In this document: piece by piece, positions 18,921 to 31,353 of the stretch
Numbering within the stretch: the first letter of the stretch is position 1
Layout of the letters: each line of letters opens with the position of its first letter
Program-made: the position numbers and the translations under genes
Assembly: GCA_037446495.1 (NCBI GenBank)
Contig: JBBIIL010000004.1
Location: forward strand, 75,916-139,915
Reading direction: 5' to 3'
DNA length: 64,000 bases
DNA from: Chloroflexota bacterium
GTDB taxonomy: Bacteria; Chloroflexota; Limnocylindria; Limnocylindrales; CSP1-4
Notes under the pieces: generated by a model
Database searches by the model: none
What the model was told of the DNA's origin: nothing
Seen by the model: only the letters and a program-made list of their open reading frames with translations

Positions 18921-20447
18921 ATGACAGAGATCCTCACCGAATCGTTCTGCGAGCGGTGCGGCACTCGGTACACGTTCGAGACCGCGCGGCCCCGACATTC
19001 GCGAATCGGGCGTGCGAAGACCTTCACCAAGGGTCTCCGCAACTACGTCCTGTCCGACGATTCCCTGTCCGAGTCGATGGCGGACGCTCGGGGCGAGGAG
19101 GAGCAGCAGGCAACTGTCCACCAGCTCGACGCCTTCCACAAGACGTTCAACTTCTGCTTCGACTGTCGTCAGTACACGTGCGGCAACTGCTGGAACAACG
19201 AGGAGGGGCGCTGCCTCTCCTGCGCGCCGAGGGCCGACACGACGCTCAGCGAGCTTGAGCCCTCCACCTCGGCCGCCATCGCCGGCCGCCTGGCCGCCAT
19301 CGTGGCCCCGCCCGCGGAACCGGCGTCAGATGCCGACGCCATCGGGATCAGCGCATGGCCGGCATCCGACCTGCCGCCGGCGCCACTCGAGCTCGAGGAG
19401 GGGCCGCTCGACGGGATGGCCGAGGCCGAGGTACGGTCCGAGCCGGAGGCGGCGAGCCCCGCTGACGAGGCGCCGGTCGTCGAGGCCATCGCGGCGCCAT
19501 CCGAGCCCACGGTGGAGCCTGCGTTCGAGACGCTGGAGGGGGCTCATGGCGAGGCGATCGTCGAAGACCTGCCGGAGCCGCGTGCTGCGGCGCTTGACGC
19601 GCAGCTGGTCATCGCGCCCGCAGCCGAGCCCAAGACCGAGCCGGCGGTCGAGGATATCGTCGCCTCCGAGCCGCTCGTGGACACGGAGCGCCATGCTCCG
19701 CAGGGCCTCAAGCCCGGCGAGAGCGTCGAGGACGCGATCGCGGCGTACGAGGCTGCCCACCTGGTCGACGAGGCCTTGGACCAGCGGGCATCGGAGCCCG
19801 AGGTCGAGGCGGTACAGGTCGAGGCAGCCACGGAGCCCGAGGTCGAGGCCGTTGCGCGTGTCGTCACCGAGGCGCTGCCGGAGGCCGTCGCCGAGGCAGC
19901 CCCCGAGCCGGTTGCGGAGCCCGAGGCCGAGGCCGCACAGGTCGAGACAGCCGCGGAGCCCGAGGCCGAGGCCGTTGCGCGTGTCGTCACCGAGGCGCTG
20001 CCGGAGGCCGTCGCCGAGGCAGCCCCCGAGCCGGTTGCGGAGCCCGAGGCCGAGGCCGCACAGGTCGAGACAGCCGCGGAGTCGGAGGCGGCGGTCGTGG
20101 AGCCCGCGGCCAACCCGGAGTCCGAGCCTGCGTCCATGGCCGCCGGCTGGCTGACGGTCGCCCCGGACGACGGCACCGCGCCAGCGTGGCCGGAGCGCCC
20201 GAGCTGGCCGACGAACCGGCCGCCCATGTCCGGCACGCTCGCTGGCCGCAAGCTGATGCCGTCCGACAACGCAGCGGATCTCTGGGCCGCCTCGGCCCGC
20301 GAGGTCATTCACGGCGGCCCGCTCGGCGAGGCCCGTGCCGGTGCCGGACCAGCGCCCACTGCCACGGCGCAGCCCTGCATCGGCTGCGGCCTCTCGCTCT
20401 CGGCGAACGCACGCTTCTGCCGCCGTTGCGGCACCCGCCAGGGCTAG
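18921..20447 (+). CDS. Zinc-ribbon protein with acidic Ala/Glu/Pro repeat region
   Basis: The N-terminus has CERCGTRY...FCFDCRQYTCGNCWNNEEGRCLSC. The C-terminus has CIGCG...FCRRCGTRQG. The centre is E/A/P-rich with a tandem 41-aa repeat. It is divergent from fhaA. Confidence 0.7.
   Translation: MTEILTESFCERCGTRYTFETARPRHSRIGRAKTFTKGLRNYVLSDDSLSESMADARGEEEQQATVHQLDAFHKTFNFCFDCRQYTCGNCWNNEEGRCLSCAPRADTTLSELEPSTSAAIAGRLAAIVAPPAEPASDADAIGISAWPASDLPPAPLELEEGPLDGMAEAEVRSEPEAASPADEAPVVEAIAAPSEPTVEPAFETLEGAHGEAIVEDLPEPRAAALDAQLVIAPAAEPKTEPAVEDIVASEPLVDTERHAPQGLKPGESVEDAIAAYEAAHLVDEALDQRASEPEVEAVQVEAATEPEVEAVARVVTEALPEAVAEAAPEPVAEPEAEAAQVETAAEPEAEAVARVVTEALPEAVAEAAPEPVAEPEAEAAQVETAAESEAAVVEPAANPESEPASMAAGWLTVAPDDGTAPAWPERPSWPTNRPPMSGTLAGRKLMPSDNAADLWAASAREVIHGGPLGEARAGAGPAPTATAQPCIGCGLSLSANARFCRRCGTRQG
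19848..20081 (+). repeat. Tandem 123-bp (41-codon) direct repeat inside the zinc-ribbon CDS
   Basis: Copy 1 (19848..19970) and copy 2 (from 19971) are identical over >100 nt (GCCGTTGCGCGTGTCGTCACCGAGGCGCTGCCGGAGGCCGTCGCC...). A diverged partial unit precedes them from ~19828. Confidence 0.9.
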
Positions 20448-21475
20448 TCACGCCCCTGGCGAGCGGTCATCGCCTCGGCGTCGCGCTTCGTCATGTCGTC
20501 GGCCTCGACTGCCCGCTCGGGTCGCCGAACCTCGAGGAACGGGCCGAGCCTCGCCCGGACCTGGGTCCACGCAGCGCCGACGAGGAGCACATTGAACGCG
20601 ATTGACAGCCACGCGAGCAGCGCGAAGATGGCGAGGGCGGTGCCGTAGACCGCTGCCAGGCCAACCAGCCGCGGAAAGATGATCACGTAGAGCTGGGTGA
20701 ACACCGCCAGGACCAGCCCAATCGCGCCTGCTGGCAGGAGCAGGGCCCGCCATGGGACGTGCTCGCTGGGCACGAAGCGGTAGCACAGGGCCACGGCCAC
20801 CCCGAACGCCACCACGGACCCGATCGGCGTCCCCACCCCGAGGGCAACCGTGAGCACGGCCCCAGCGTCGATCCCGCCCGGAGTGAAACTGGTGAGCCAA
20901 CTCACGAGCGAGCCCAGGACCACCAGCGCCACCGGCAGCAGGACGAGGATGACGGTCAGGAGGATGCCGCGCACCGTCTGCAGCACCGGGTTGCGACGCG
21001 GGGCGCTGCTGAAGATCCGCGAGAAGGCCGTGTCGAGATTGGCGTAGAAGCGGCTCGAGCCCCAGAACAGCGCGACGATCGCCAGGATCCCGCTGGGCAC
21101 CGCGCCCTGCGCCACCTGGGTGAACGCCGTCCGAGCGATGTCCTCGAACGGGGGCAGCGCCTGCGCGATGACCGCCACGATCTGCCGCTGCGTTTCCTCA
21201 TCACGGACGATGAGGCCGATCACCGACAGCGCGAGCAGGAACCCGGGCAGCACGGCGAGCAGCGACGTGTACGCGAGGCCACCCGCCACGAGGCCGCCGC
21301 CGCCTCGGTCGTACGTGTCCATGATCGCCTGCAGCCGAACCACGCCCGGATGGCCGCCGACGCGTTCGGCGACCGACTCGGCAAAGCGGCGCAGCCTGTT
21401 GACACGCTGCCCGAGGTCGCTCTCGACCTCGGTCGCCTCGCGTTCGACGTCGCCCTCGACCCCGCCGTCGCTCAT
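20444..21475 (-). CDS. YihY/BrkB (ribonuclease BN-like) family membrane protein
   Basis: GGLAYTSLLAVLPGFLLALSVIG... followed by six TM helices is typical of YihY. Confidence 0.85.
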   Translation of the reverse strand: MSDGGVEGDVEREATEVESDLGQRVNRLRRFAESVAERVGGHPGVVRLQAIMDTYDRGGGGLVAGGLAYTSLLAVLPGFLLALSVIGLIVRDEETQRQIVAVIAQALPPFEDIARTAFTQVAQGAVPSGILAIVALFWGSSRFYANLDTAFSRIFSSAPRRNPVLQTVRGILLTVILVLLPVALVVLGSLVSWLTSFTPGGIDAGAVLTVALGVGTPIGSVVAFGVAVALCYRFVPSEHVPWRALLLPAGAIGLVLAVFTQLYVIIFPRLVGLAAVYGTALAIFALLAWLSIAFNVLLVGAAWTQVRARLGPFLEVRRPERAVEADDMTKRDAEAMTARQGRD

Positions 21476-21479
21476 GGCG

Positions 21480-21716
21480 TCAGGGCAGATCCTCGAATAG
21501 CCCCGGCTGCAGGTCCCCGGCAGCGACGCGACGAGGAGCCGTGATGAGCGCCCTCACCTCGCCTCGGCGCACATACCGGCGGCCGCCGAGCTTGATGCTC
21601 GACAGCTTCCCTGCGCGGGCCCACCCGCCGATCGTCGCGGGCGCGAAGTGAACGTTCGCGGCAGCCAGAATCTCGGCAGCCTCGCCCAGCGTGATCCAAT
21701 CGGCGGCGGAGGGCAT
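21480..21716 (-). CDS. Helix-turn-helix DNA-binding protein (excisionase/MerR-superfamily HTH)
   Basis: WITLGEAAEILAANVHFAPATIGGWARAGKLSSIKLGGRRYVRRGEV matches the excisionase-family HTH pattern. Confidence 0.65.
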   Translation of the reverse strand: MPSAADWITLGEAAEILAAANVHFAPATIGGWARAGKLSSIKLGGRRYVRRGEVRALITAPRRVAAGDLQPGLFEDLP

Positions 21717-21719
21717 CGA

Positions 21720-22040
21720 TCAGTCCTGCGAGTCGGTCGAGGTGGAGGGGGTCGACGACGAAGGGGAGGTCGGTGAGTCCGACGACGACGAGCCGGGCGA
21801 CGAGTCAGGCGAGGCCGACGGCGTCGAGGACTTGGCGGCGGCCTTGGTGGTGCTGCTGCTGCCACGGTCCTTCTTCGCCCAGCCTGACCCCTTGAAGTGG
21901 ATCGATGGCGCCGAGAACTGCTTGCGCATCGTCCCCTCCCTGCCGCACGACGGGCAGAACTTGGGGCCGGGGTCGTTGATCCCGTGGAGGATGTCCGACC
22001 GATGGTCGCAGGCGGTGCAGATGTAGTCGTAGATGGGCAT
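21720..22040 (-). CDS. FmdB family zinc-ribbon protein with Ser/Thr/Pro-rich tail
   Basis: MPIYDYICTACDHRSDILHGINDPGPKFCPSCG is the CxxC..CxxC FmdB signature. The C-terminus is low-complexity and S/T/P-rich. Confidence 0.8.
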   Translation of the reverse strand: MPIYDYICTACDHRSDILHGINDPGPKFCPSCGREGTMRKQFSAPSIHFKGSGWAKKDRGSSSTTKAAAKSSTPSASPDSSPGSSSSDSPTSPSSSTPSTSTDSQD

Positions 22041-22068
22041 CGTGGGTTGGCTCGCTCAGGTGGTGTGA

Positions 22069-22827
22069 TCAGCCGCGGAGCAGCCGCATGCCGCACTTGG
22101 GGCAGTAGAACGCGCGCTCGTGGCCCGACGCGAACCCACAGTGGGCGCAGACCAGGCCGCCTCGGCCGGCGGCCGGAACCGGGCGGTCAACGGCCGTGAT
22201 GCCCAGCGCATGCTGGCTGCCGAGCACGTTGCCAAGGATCCCGGCGAGGATCTTCTGGGCGACGCGGTCCGTATCGCCGCGGACGCCCCGGCCACCCCAC
22301 CCGACAACCGCGCGGACGATCATGTCGCCCGTCGCCTCGTCCCAGTGGGAGGCCACACCGCCGACGATGGCGTTGTACTCCGGATATCCCGAGGTGTCGG
22401 TTTCGCCCTCGAGGAGGGCGCACGCGAAGGTGTCGAAGGCGAGGTCCACAGCGTCGATGGACTCGAGGACCACGAGAGCGTGCCGCGTGACCGGACTCAA
22501 CTCATTGTGCGCCTGGAGCCACTGCATGGCCTCGGACGGGCGCGAGATCAGGGGCATGGCCTGAGAGAACTCGAGCTCGAGAGGCTCCACGACCTCGACG
22601 TCGCCCTTCGCGAAGCCAATCAGCATCGTCGGCAGCTCCGCGAGGGCTCGAGGGCCTGCGCGCATCCGGACGCCCTCGGTGCTCTTGCCCGCGTAGTAGA
22701 GCTTGAGCGCGTAGTCCTGGGCGACGACCTCCTCAGGGAGCCCAGGACGGGTCGAGGCCGTCGGCGCAGTGGACTTGGCCGGCGGCTCCGGTTCGTTGCC
22801 GCGGCGCTTCAGGAACTCGAGGGGCAC
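22069..22827 (-). CDS. hypothetical protein with C-terminal zinc ribbon
   Basis: It is 252 aa with coding-like composition and ends in CAHCG...FYCPKCGMRLL. It lies immediately downstream of valS on the same strand. Confidence 0.6.
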   Translation of the reverse strand: MPLEFLKRRGNEPEPPAKSTAPTASTRPGLPEEVVAQDYALKLYYAGKSTEGVRMRAGPRALAELPTMLIGFAKGDVEVVEPLELEFSQAMPLISRPSEAMQWLQAHNELSPVTRHALVVLESIDAVDLAFDTFACALLEGETDTSGYPEYNAIVGGVASHWDEATGDMIVRAVVGWGGRGVRGDTDRVAQKILAGILGNVLGSQHALGITAVDRPVPAAGRGGLVCAHCGFASGHERAFYCPKCGMRLLRG

Positions 22828-22894
22828 GGGATCCTCCCTGACTCGGCGCTTGGCCGCTTCGGCGTCATCCTAGCAGCGACCGCGGGCGGCCACG

Positions 22895-25618
<2,724 letters not shown>

Positions 25619-25624
25619 CGTTAG

Positions 25625-25880
25625 GCTCCTAGAAACAGAAACGCCCGCTCGTCCAGCGGACGAACGGGGTCGTGGTACCACCTGCTGGTTCGGCCACAGG
25701 CCCGAGTCCGCTCATCGCGGCCGGATGCCCGCAGTCCTCAGGGCGCGCTATCGGGCGCCGACCGCACAGCTCGCGAGCGACCTTCGGTCCCGTCGTGCCC
25801 GCGCGGCTCGCACCGTCCCGCGCTCGCTTCCGGCCGACCCGGGCCTACTCCTCTCGGTCCACGCCGTGAGAGCGGGAGTC
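25625..25880 (-). promoter_or_regulatory. T-box leader (tRNA-Val-sensing riboswitch) upstream of valS
   Basis: Read on the reverse strand, the leader contains GAGAGGAGUAG, a GGUGCGAG distal-loop-like motif and CCGAAG-GUC-G as a candidate specifier (GUC at 25781..25779). It also has the T-box core AGGUGGUACCACG (25683..25671) and then a terminator hairpin with U-tract. Confidence 0.75.
25631..25668 (-). terminator. T-box attenuator terminator
   Basis: CCCGUUCGUCC-gcu-GGACGAGCGGG forms an 11-bp stem with one G-U pair, followed by CGUUUCUGUUUCU. It lies 12 nt before the valS ATG region. Confidence 0.6.
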
Positions 25881-25966
25881 TAGCACGCGAGTCGGAGGCG
25901 TCAGCCGCCCTCACGCCGCGAGCCATCGACCGGCCCGCGCGGTCCCCGGCACCTGGGCCAGGGACG

Positions 25967-27274
<1,308 letters not shown>

Positions 27275-27292
27275 CCGTTCGGTCTCCCGCGC

Positions 27293-27973
27293 CTACTGGT
27301 CCGTCGCGGGCCCGGGCTGACCGTCGCCCGGTCCCGGTGCCGACCCCTCGCCGCCAGCCAGGCCGTGGTCATGGGCCTGGGCGATGAGCGAGTCGCCGGT
27401 CAGCGTGTACACCGAGTCGATGATGCCATACGTCTTGGCGTCCTCGGGGCCCATGAAGTAGTCCCGGTTGGTGTCGGCCACGACCTTCTCGATCGGCTGG
27501 CCCGTGTGGCGCGCCAGGATCTCGTGGTTCACCTGGACCAGGTACTCCCACTCCTTCATCTGGATCACCGCATCCGGGGCGTTGCCGCGGAAGCCGCCCG
27601 AACCCTGGTGGATCATGATCCGGCTGTGCGGGAGCGCGTACCGCTTGCCCTTGGCGCCGGCCGAGAGCAGGACGGCGGCCATGGATGCCGCCATGCCGAT
27701 GCAGATGGTGCTCACCGGAGCGCGCAGGTACTGCATGGTGTCGTAGATCGCGAGGCCGCTCGTCACCACGCCGCCGGGCGAGTTGATGTACAGGCTGATG
27801 TCCTTCTCGGGATCCTCGGACTCCAGGAACAGGAGCTGGGCGATCACCAGGTTGGCGAGGTGGTCGTCGATCGCGTCGCCCAGGAAGATGATCCGCTCGC
27901 GCAGGAGGCGCGAGTAGATGTCGTAGGCGCGCTCGCCTCGGCTGGTGGACTCGATGACCATGGGGACGAGCAT
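27293..27973 (-). CDS. clpP: ATP-dependent Clp protease proteolytic subunit ClpP
   Basis: It has [19 protein letters not shown] and the catalytic [11 protein letters not shown]. The start at MLVPMVIE has a GGGAG RBS. An alternative ATG lies at 28003. The C-terminal extension is Gly/Pro-rich. Confidence 0.93.
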   Translation of the reverse strand: MLVPMVIESTSRGERAYDIYSRLLRERIIFLGDAIDDHLANLVIAQLLFLESEDPEKDISLYINSPGGVVTSGLAIYDTMQYLRAPVSTICIGMAASMAAVLLSAGAKGKRYALPHSRIMIHQGSGGFRGNAPDAVIQMKEWEYLVQVNHEILARHTGQPIEKVVADTNRDYFMGPEDAKTYGIIDSVYTLTGDSLIAQAHDHGLAGGEGSAPGPGDGQPGPATDQ

Positions 27974-28023
27974 CGTCGGACTCCCTGCGGTGCCAGCGGG
28001 CATCGACTGCGGTTGGTGCGGCG

Positions 28024-29490
28024 TCAGGCGCCGGCGGTGGCCTCGGCGGGCTCGGCCTCGCCGTGGTCGTGGGGGTCGCCCTCGTGGAGGTGCCGGGGGA
28101 TGGCGCCCGGATCGGTCGCGTCGATCGAAGCCGAGGCCTCCGCCTGCGGCGTCTCGAGCGCCGACGGGCCGTCGTCCTCGAGGTGCGGCAGCGCCGGGTG
28201 CTCGGGATGGGCCGCCAGCCAGCGGTTGACCAGCGACTCGACGAGCTGCGAGCGCCGCAGCGTGCTGCGGATGTAGTTGCGGCCGCGCTCGGACTCGAAG
28301 TACTTGACCGTCTTGGCGTCCTTGTAGCGGGCGCGGGCCATCTGGACCTGCTCCTCGACCTCTGGGTCGGAGACCAGGAGTCCCTCCTCGTCGGCGATCC
28401 TGGACAGGACGAGGAGGACCTTCGTGCGCTGCTCGGCCCGCGGGCGGAACTCGGCGTGGAGCTCCTGCTCCGTCTGGCCGGTGGCCTTGAGGTAGGCCGG
28501 CTCCGAGATCCCCTGACGTGCCAGGGATGAGCGGAACTCGTCGTGCATCACCTCGACCTCCTGGTCCACCAGGATGTCGGGGAGCTCGATCGTGGCGTTC
28601 GCCACCGCGTATTCGATTATCCTGTCGCTGAACGCGTGGCGCGCCCCGTCCAGCGCGTTGCGGTGCAGGCGCGCATCGACGTCGGCCCGCAGCGCGGCGA
28701 GGTCGGCATAGCTCCCCATCTGGCGCGCGAACTCGTCGTCGGCGGTCGGCAGCACCTTCTCGCGCAACTCCTTGAGGTCCACCTCGAAGTGGGCCTGCTG
28801 ACCAGCGAGGCTGTCCTCCGAATAGTCGTCGGGGAACGTGATGTCGAACCCGGCGGACTCCCCCACCCTGAGCCCGACCAGGTAGGCCTCGAAGCCGGGG
28901 ATCAGCCGGTCCTCGCCGATGATCAGCGGCATCCGCTCGGACGTGCCGCCGTCGAACGGGACGCCGTCCCGAGTGCCGGCGAAGCCGATCACCGCCCAGT
29001 CGCCGTTCTGCGCGCCGCGCTCCTCGACCGCCTTGAGAGTGGCGTTCTGGTCGCGCAGCTCGTCGATCACCTTGTCGACCTTGGCTTCGTCAACGATGTC
29101 GATCTCGGGCGCGAACGTGAAGTTCTGGTAATCCCCGAGCGTGACCTCGGGCCGGACCTGCACCGTCGCCTTGAACTTGAGCGGCTGCCCCTCGATCGCC
29201 TCGAGGATCTCCACGTCGGCGTTCGTGAGCGGAATGATGCCCTGCTCGATGATCGCGTCGCGGTACGAGGCCTGCACCAGCTGCTCCACCGCCTCGTCGA
29301 GCACGGCGCCGGGTCCCAGCACGCGCTCGAGGATCGGACGGGGCGCCTTGCCTGGGCGGAAGCCCGCGACGCGGGTTCGCCGCGAAAGGCGGCCGGTGGC
29401 CTCGCGGACGGCACGGTCCAGGCGCTCGGCCGGGACCTCGACCTCGAGGAGGATGGAGCTCTTGGGGGCGGGGGTGGCGGTCACATTCAT
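28024..29490 (-). CDS. tig: Trigger factor
   Basis: [28 protein letters not shown]...[15 protein letters not shown] is the trigger factor signature, with PPIase and C-terminal domains. The tail is acidic and His-rich. Confidence 0.93.
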   Translation of the reverse strand: MNVTATPAPKSSILLEVEVPAERLDRAVREATGRLSRRTRVAGFRPGKAPRPILERVLGPGAVLDEAVEQLVQASYRDAIIEQGIIPLTNADVEILEAIEGQPLKFKATVQVRPEVTLGDYQNFTFAPEIDIVDEAKVDKVIDELRDQNATLKAVEERGAQNGDWAVIGFAGTRDGVPFDGGTSERMPLIIGEDRLIPGFEAYLVGLRVGESAGFDITFPDDYSEDSLAGQQAHFEVDLKELREKVLPTADDEFARQMGSYADLAALRADVDARLHRNALDGARHAFSDRIIEYAVANATIELPDILVDQEVEVMHDEFRSSLARQGISEPAYLKATGQTEQELHAEFRPRAEQRTKVLLVLSRIADEEGLLVSDPEVEEQVQMARARYKDAKTVKYFESERGRNYIRSTLRRSQLVESLVNRWLAAHPEHPALPHLEDDGPSALETPQAEASASIDATDPGAIPRHLHEGDPHDHGEAEPAEATAGA

Positions 29491-29648
29491 CGCCGGGGGA
29501 GTATAGGGCGGGTCGGCGGATCGCCGGGGATGCGCTGGGCGAGCCGTCGGCCGCACACGCCCGGCGAGGGCTCCGATCGGGCCGCCCGGCGTGCCGCCAG
29601 TGGCGACGGGCGGCGGAGGAGAGCATCCGGACCGTATGCTTGGCTCAC

Positions 29649-29736
29649 GGGCGAGTGGCGAAATGGCAGACGCGCCGGCCTTAGGAGCCGGTGCCGCGTG
29701 AGCGGCGTGTCGGTTCGACCCCGACCTCGCCTACCA
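29649..29736 (+). tRNA. tRNA-Leu (anticodon UAG), type II with long variable arm, CCA encoded
   Basis: I folded it by hand. The acceptor is GGGCGAG/CUCGCCU. The D-arm is GCG/CGC. The anticodon stem is CCGGC/GCCGG with loop CUUAGGA. The variable arm is GCCGC-GUGA-GCGGC. The T-arm is GUCGG-UUCGACC-CCGAC, followed by A-CCA. Confidence 0.9.
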
Positions 29737-29746
29737 ACCAGCGCGG

Positions 29747-30319
29747 CTAGATGGGCAGCTTCGGCTTGGGGATCGACGGGCGCCTGACGCGCGCCTTCGC
29801 CAGCTGGTCCGCGAACTGGGCGTGGTCGGTGCCGAGCAGGCTGTTGGCGGCCTTGATGCCGTATCGGAGGGCGATCGGCTGGCCGAACGTGGTAAGCAGC
29901 TTCGCGACGCTGCTGGACAGGTCTCGCGCCTTGAGTTCGGGCGTCTTGTCCTCGAGATACTTCGCGAAGTCGCGCTCGATTGCGCCGCGGATCTTGTCGC
30001 CGTCGCTCCCCAGTGCCCGCAACGCGGCATCGACGTCATTGGGCAGCATCGACTCGGGCAGCGGATTCGGGGCGCCGAAGACGGCATGCCTGGCGCGGCG
30101 AAGCACGCGGCGCGGACCGCCCACCAGCAGGAAGCCGGCGCCGGCCACCACACCCGCGGCCTTGACCGGGCTACGCTTCAACTTCGCTTTGACGTCCACG
30201 GCCGCGCGCGCCGCGGCCTCGAGGCGGATCAGCTCCTCGTCGAGCCGGCCCCGGGCCGCCAGGACCTCGGCCCGAGCGGCTAGGACCTCGGCCCGAGCGG
30301 ATTCCGTGCCTTCGCCCAC
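29747..30319 (-). CDS. hypothetical protein (DUF3618-like coiled coil + one TM)
   Basis: Only the C-terminal ~190 aa of ORF 29747..30685 looks real (RAEVLAARGRLDEELIRLEAAARAAVDVKAKLKRSPVKAAGVVAGAGFLLVGG...). I propose the GTG start at 30319, overlapping the upstream gene by 40 nt. The start is uncertain. Confidence 0.5.
   Translation of the reverse strand: MGEGTESARAEVLAARAEVLAARGRLDEELIRLEAAARAAVDVKAKLKRSPVKAAGVVAGAGFLLVGGPRRVLRRARHAVFGAPNPLPESMLPNDVDAALRALGSDGDKIRGAIERDFAKYLEDKTPELKARDLSSSVAKLLTTFGQPIALRYGIKAANSLLGTDHAQFADQLAKARVRRPSIPKPKLPI
30261..30302. repeat. 21-bp tandem duplication spanning the stop of one gene and the 5' end of the next
   Basis: The copies are AGGACCTCGGCCCGAGCGGCT and AGGACCTCGGCCCGAGCGGAT. 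In one reverse frame they encode ARAEVLA twice. In the other frame they read PLGPRS-TAG then PLGPRS-TGG. Confidence 0.9.
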
Positions 30320-31269
30320 TCGATCGTCTCCCTGGTGGTGTCGATGGTCTGCTGCGGCCAGAACCGAAGCTTGATCTTCTCCGTGTCGATGCCGGCGGAT
30401 GTCGCCCTGGCGATCAGGACGCCGAGGTACACGGCGTACGCGACGGCGAATCCGAGGGCCGCGCCAACGCGCCAGCCGAAGTCGTACGCGAGGAACCCGC
30501 CCAGGAATCCGCCCAGGACAAAGCCCGCGACCAGCCCGCCGATGGCGCCGCCGACACCCGCCACCCGGGCGCCGGCGATGAGCCCGACCAGCGCCACGAC
30601 GACCCCGACCACGATGATCGCGATGGCCAGCGGCCGGTAGGCGCTGTCGAGCGCGAGGTTGGTGGAGTCCCCAATCCAGGTCCACAGGCGGTTGAACCAG
30701 CTGGCGCCGAACACGACGAACGCCACGACGCCAGCGATCACGGCGACGGCCGCAGAGGGCACCGGCCCGTGGAGCTTGAGCGCAAGGACGACGGCGGTCA
30801 CGGCAGTGGCGACGAGGAGCTCACTGCCCAGCAGGACGCCCCAGCCGATGCTGCCGAACAGCCACTCGCCGAGGAACAGCATCGCGACGATCGGGAGGAA
30901 GACGCCGAGCAGCAGAAGGGCTGCGACCGCGACTCCCACGAACGCCGCGGCGTAGACGACCTCGCCCTTGATGACCTGTCCCTCGGCCTTGCCGAGCGCG
31001 ATATGCGCGCGCAGCATGCCCAGGACCGCGTCCGTGGTGGCCCTGAGCTGGCCCATCAGGCCTGGGGCCTTGGTGCCGGGACCACTGGACGGGCCGGAGT
31101 CGGTCCGCTCGCCGGCGCTCCCGGCCGAGCCGCCGCCGGACGCACCGCCACTGTCCGGGGCACGGGCAGGCTCTGCGTCGGGGCGCTCGCTCTCAGGGAT
31201 GGGCGCGTCGGGATCCAGTGGTCGTCCTCCGCGAACGTGGGTTCGGGCCTCGCACGAGACTTCGGCCAT
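30280..31269 (-). CDS. Polytopic membrane protein with Holin-X (phage holin 3_6)-like N-terminal module
   Basis: LGMLRAHIALGKAEGQVIKGEVVYAAAFVGVAVAALLLLGVF... resembles actinobacterial Holin-X family proteins. Further Gly-rich TM helices follow. Confidence 0.7.
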   Translation of the reverse strand: MAEVSCEARTHVRGGRPLDPDAPIPESERPDAEPARAPDSGGASGGGSAGSAGERTDSGPSSGPGTKAPGLMGQLRATTDAVLGMLRAHIALGKAEGQVIKGEVVYAAAFVGVAVAALLLLGVFLPIVAMLFLGEWLFGSIGWGVLLGSELLVATAVTAVVLALKLHGPVPSAAVAVIAGVVAFVVFGASWFNRLWTWIGDSTNLALDSAYRPLAIAIIVVGVVVALVGLIAGARVAGVGGAIGGLVAGFVLGGFLGGFLAYDFGWRVGAALGFAVAYAVYLGVLIARATSAGIDTEKIKLRFWPQQTIDTTRETIEWAKARNPLGPRS

Positions 31270-31353
31270 GATACGCGCGGTCGGCTGCCCGCGGCAGGCT
31301 CAACCCCCGGCCCGCCCCAGTGACGACGTCGCGAGCCGGGGTAGGCTACCGCC

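Noticed and set aside
19828-20085. Possible CRISPR or minisatellite at the 123-bp tandem repeat
   Set aside because: The repeat is in frame (41 codons) inside a continuous ORF with no unique spacers. It is a coding repeat.
29747-31269. Holin-like gene next to tRNA-Leu as a prophage or integrated-element remnant
   Set aside because: There are no integrase, att-like tRNA 3' duplication, or phage structural or lysis genes. The Holin-X/DUF3618 pairing is, as far as I recall, a common chromosomal membrane-protein pair in high-GC Gram-positives. GC content is unchanged.
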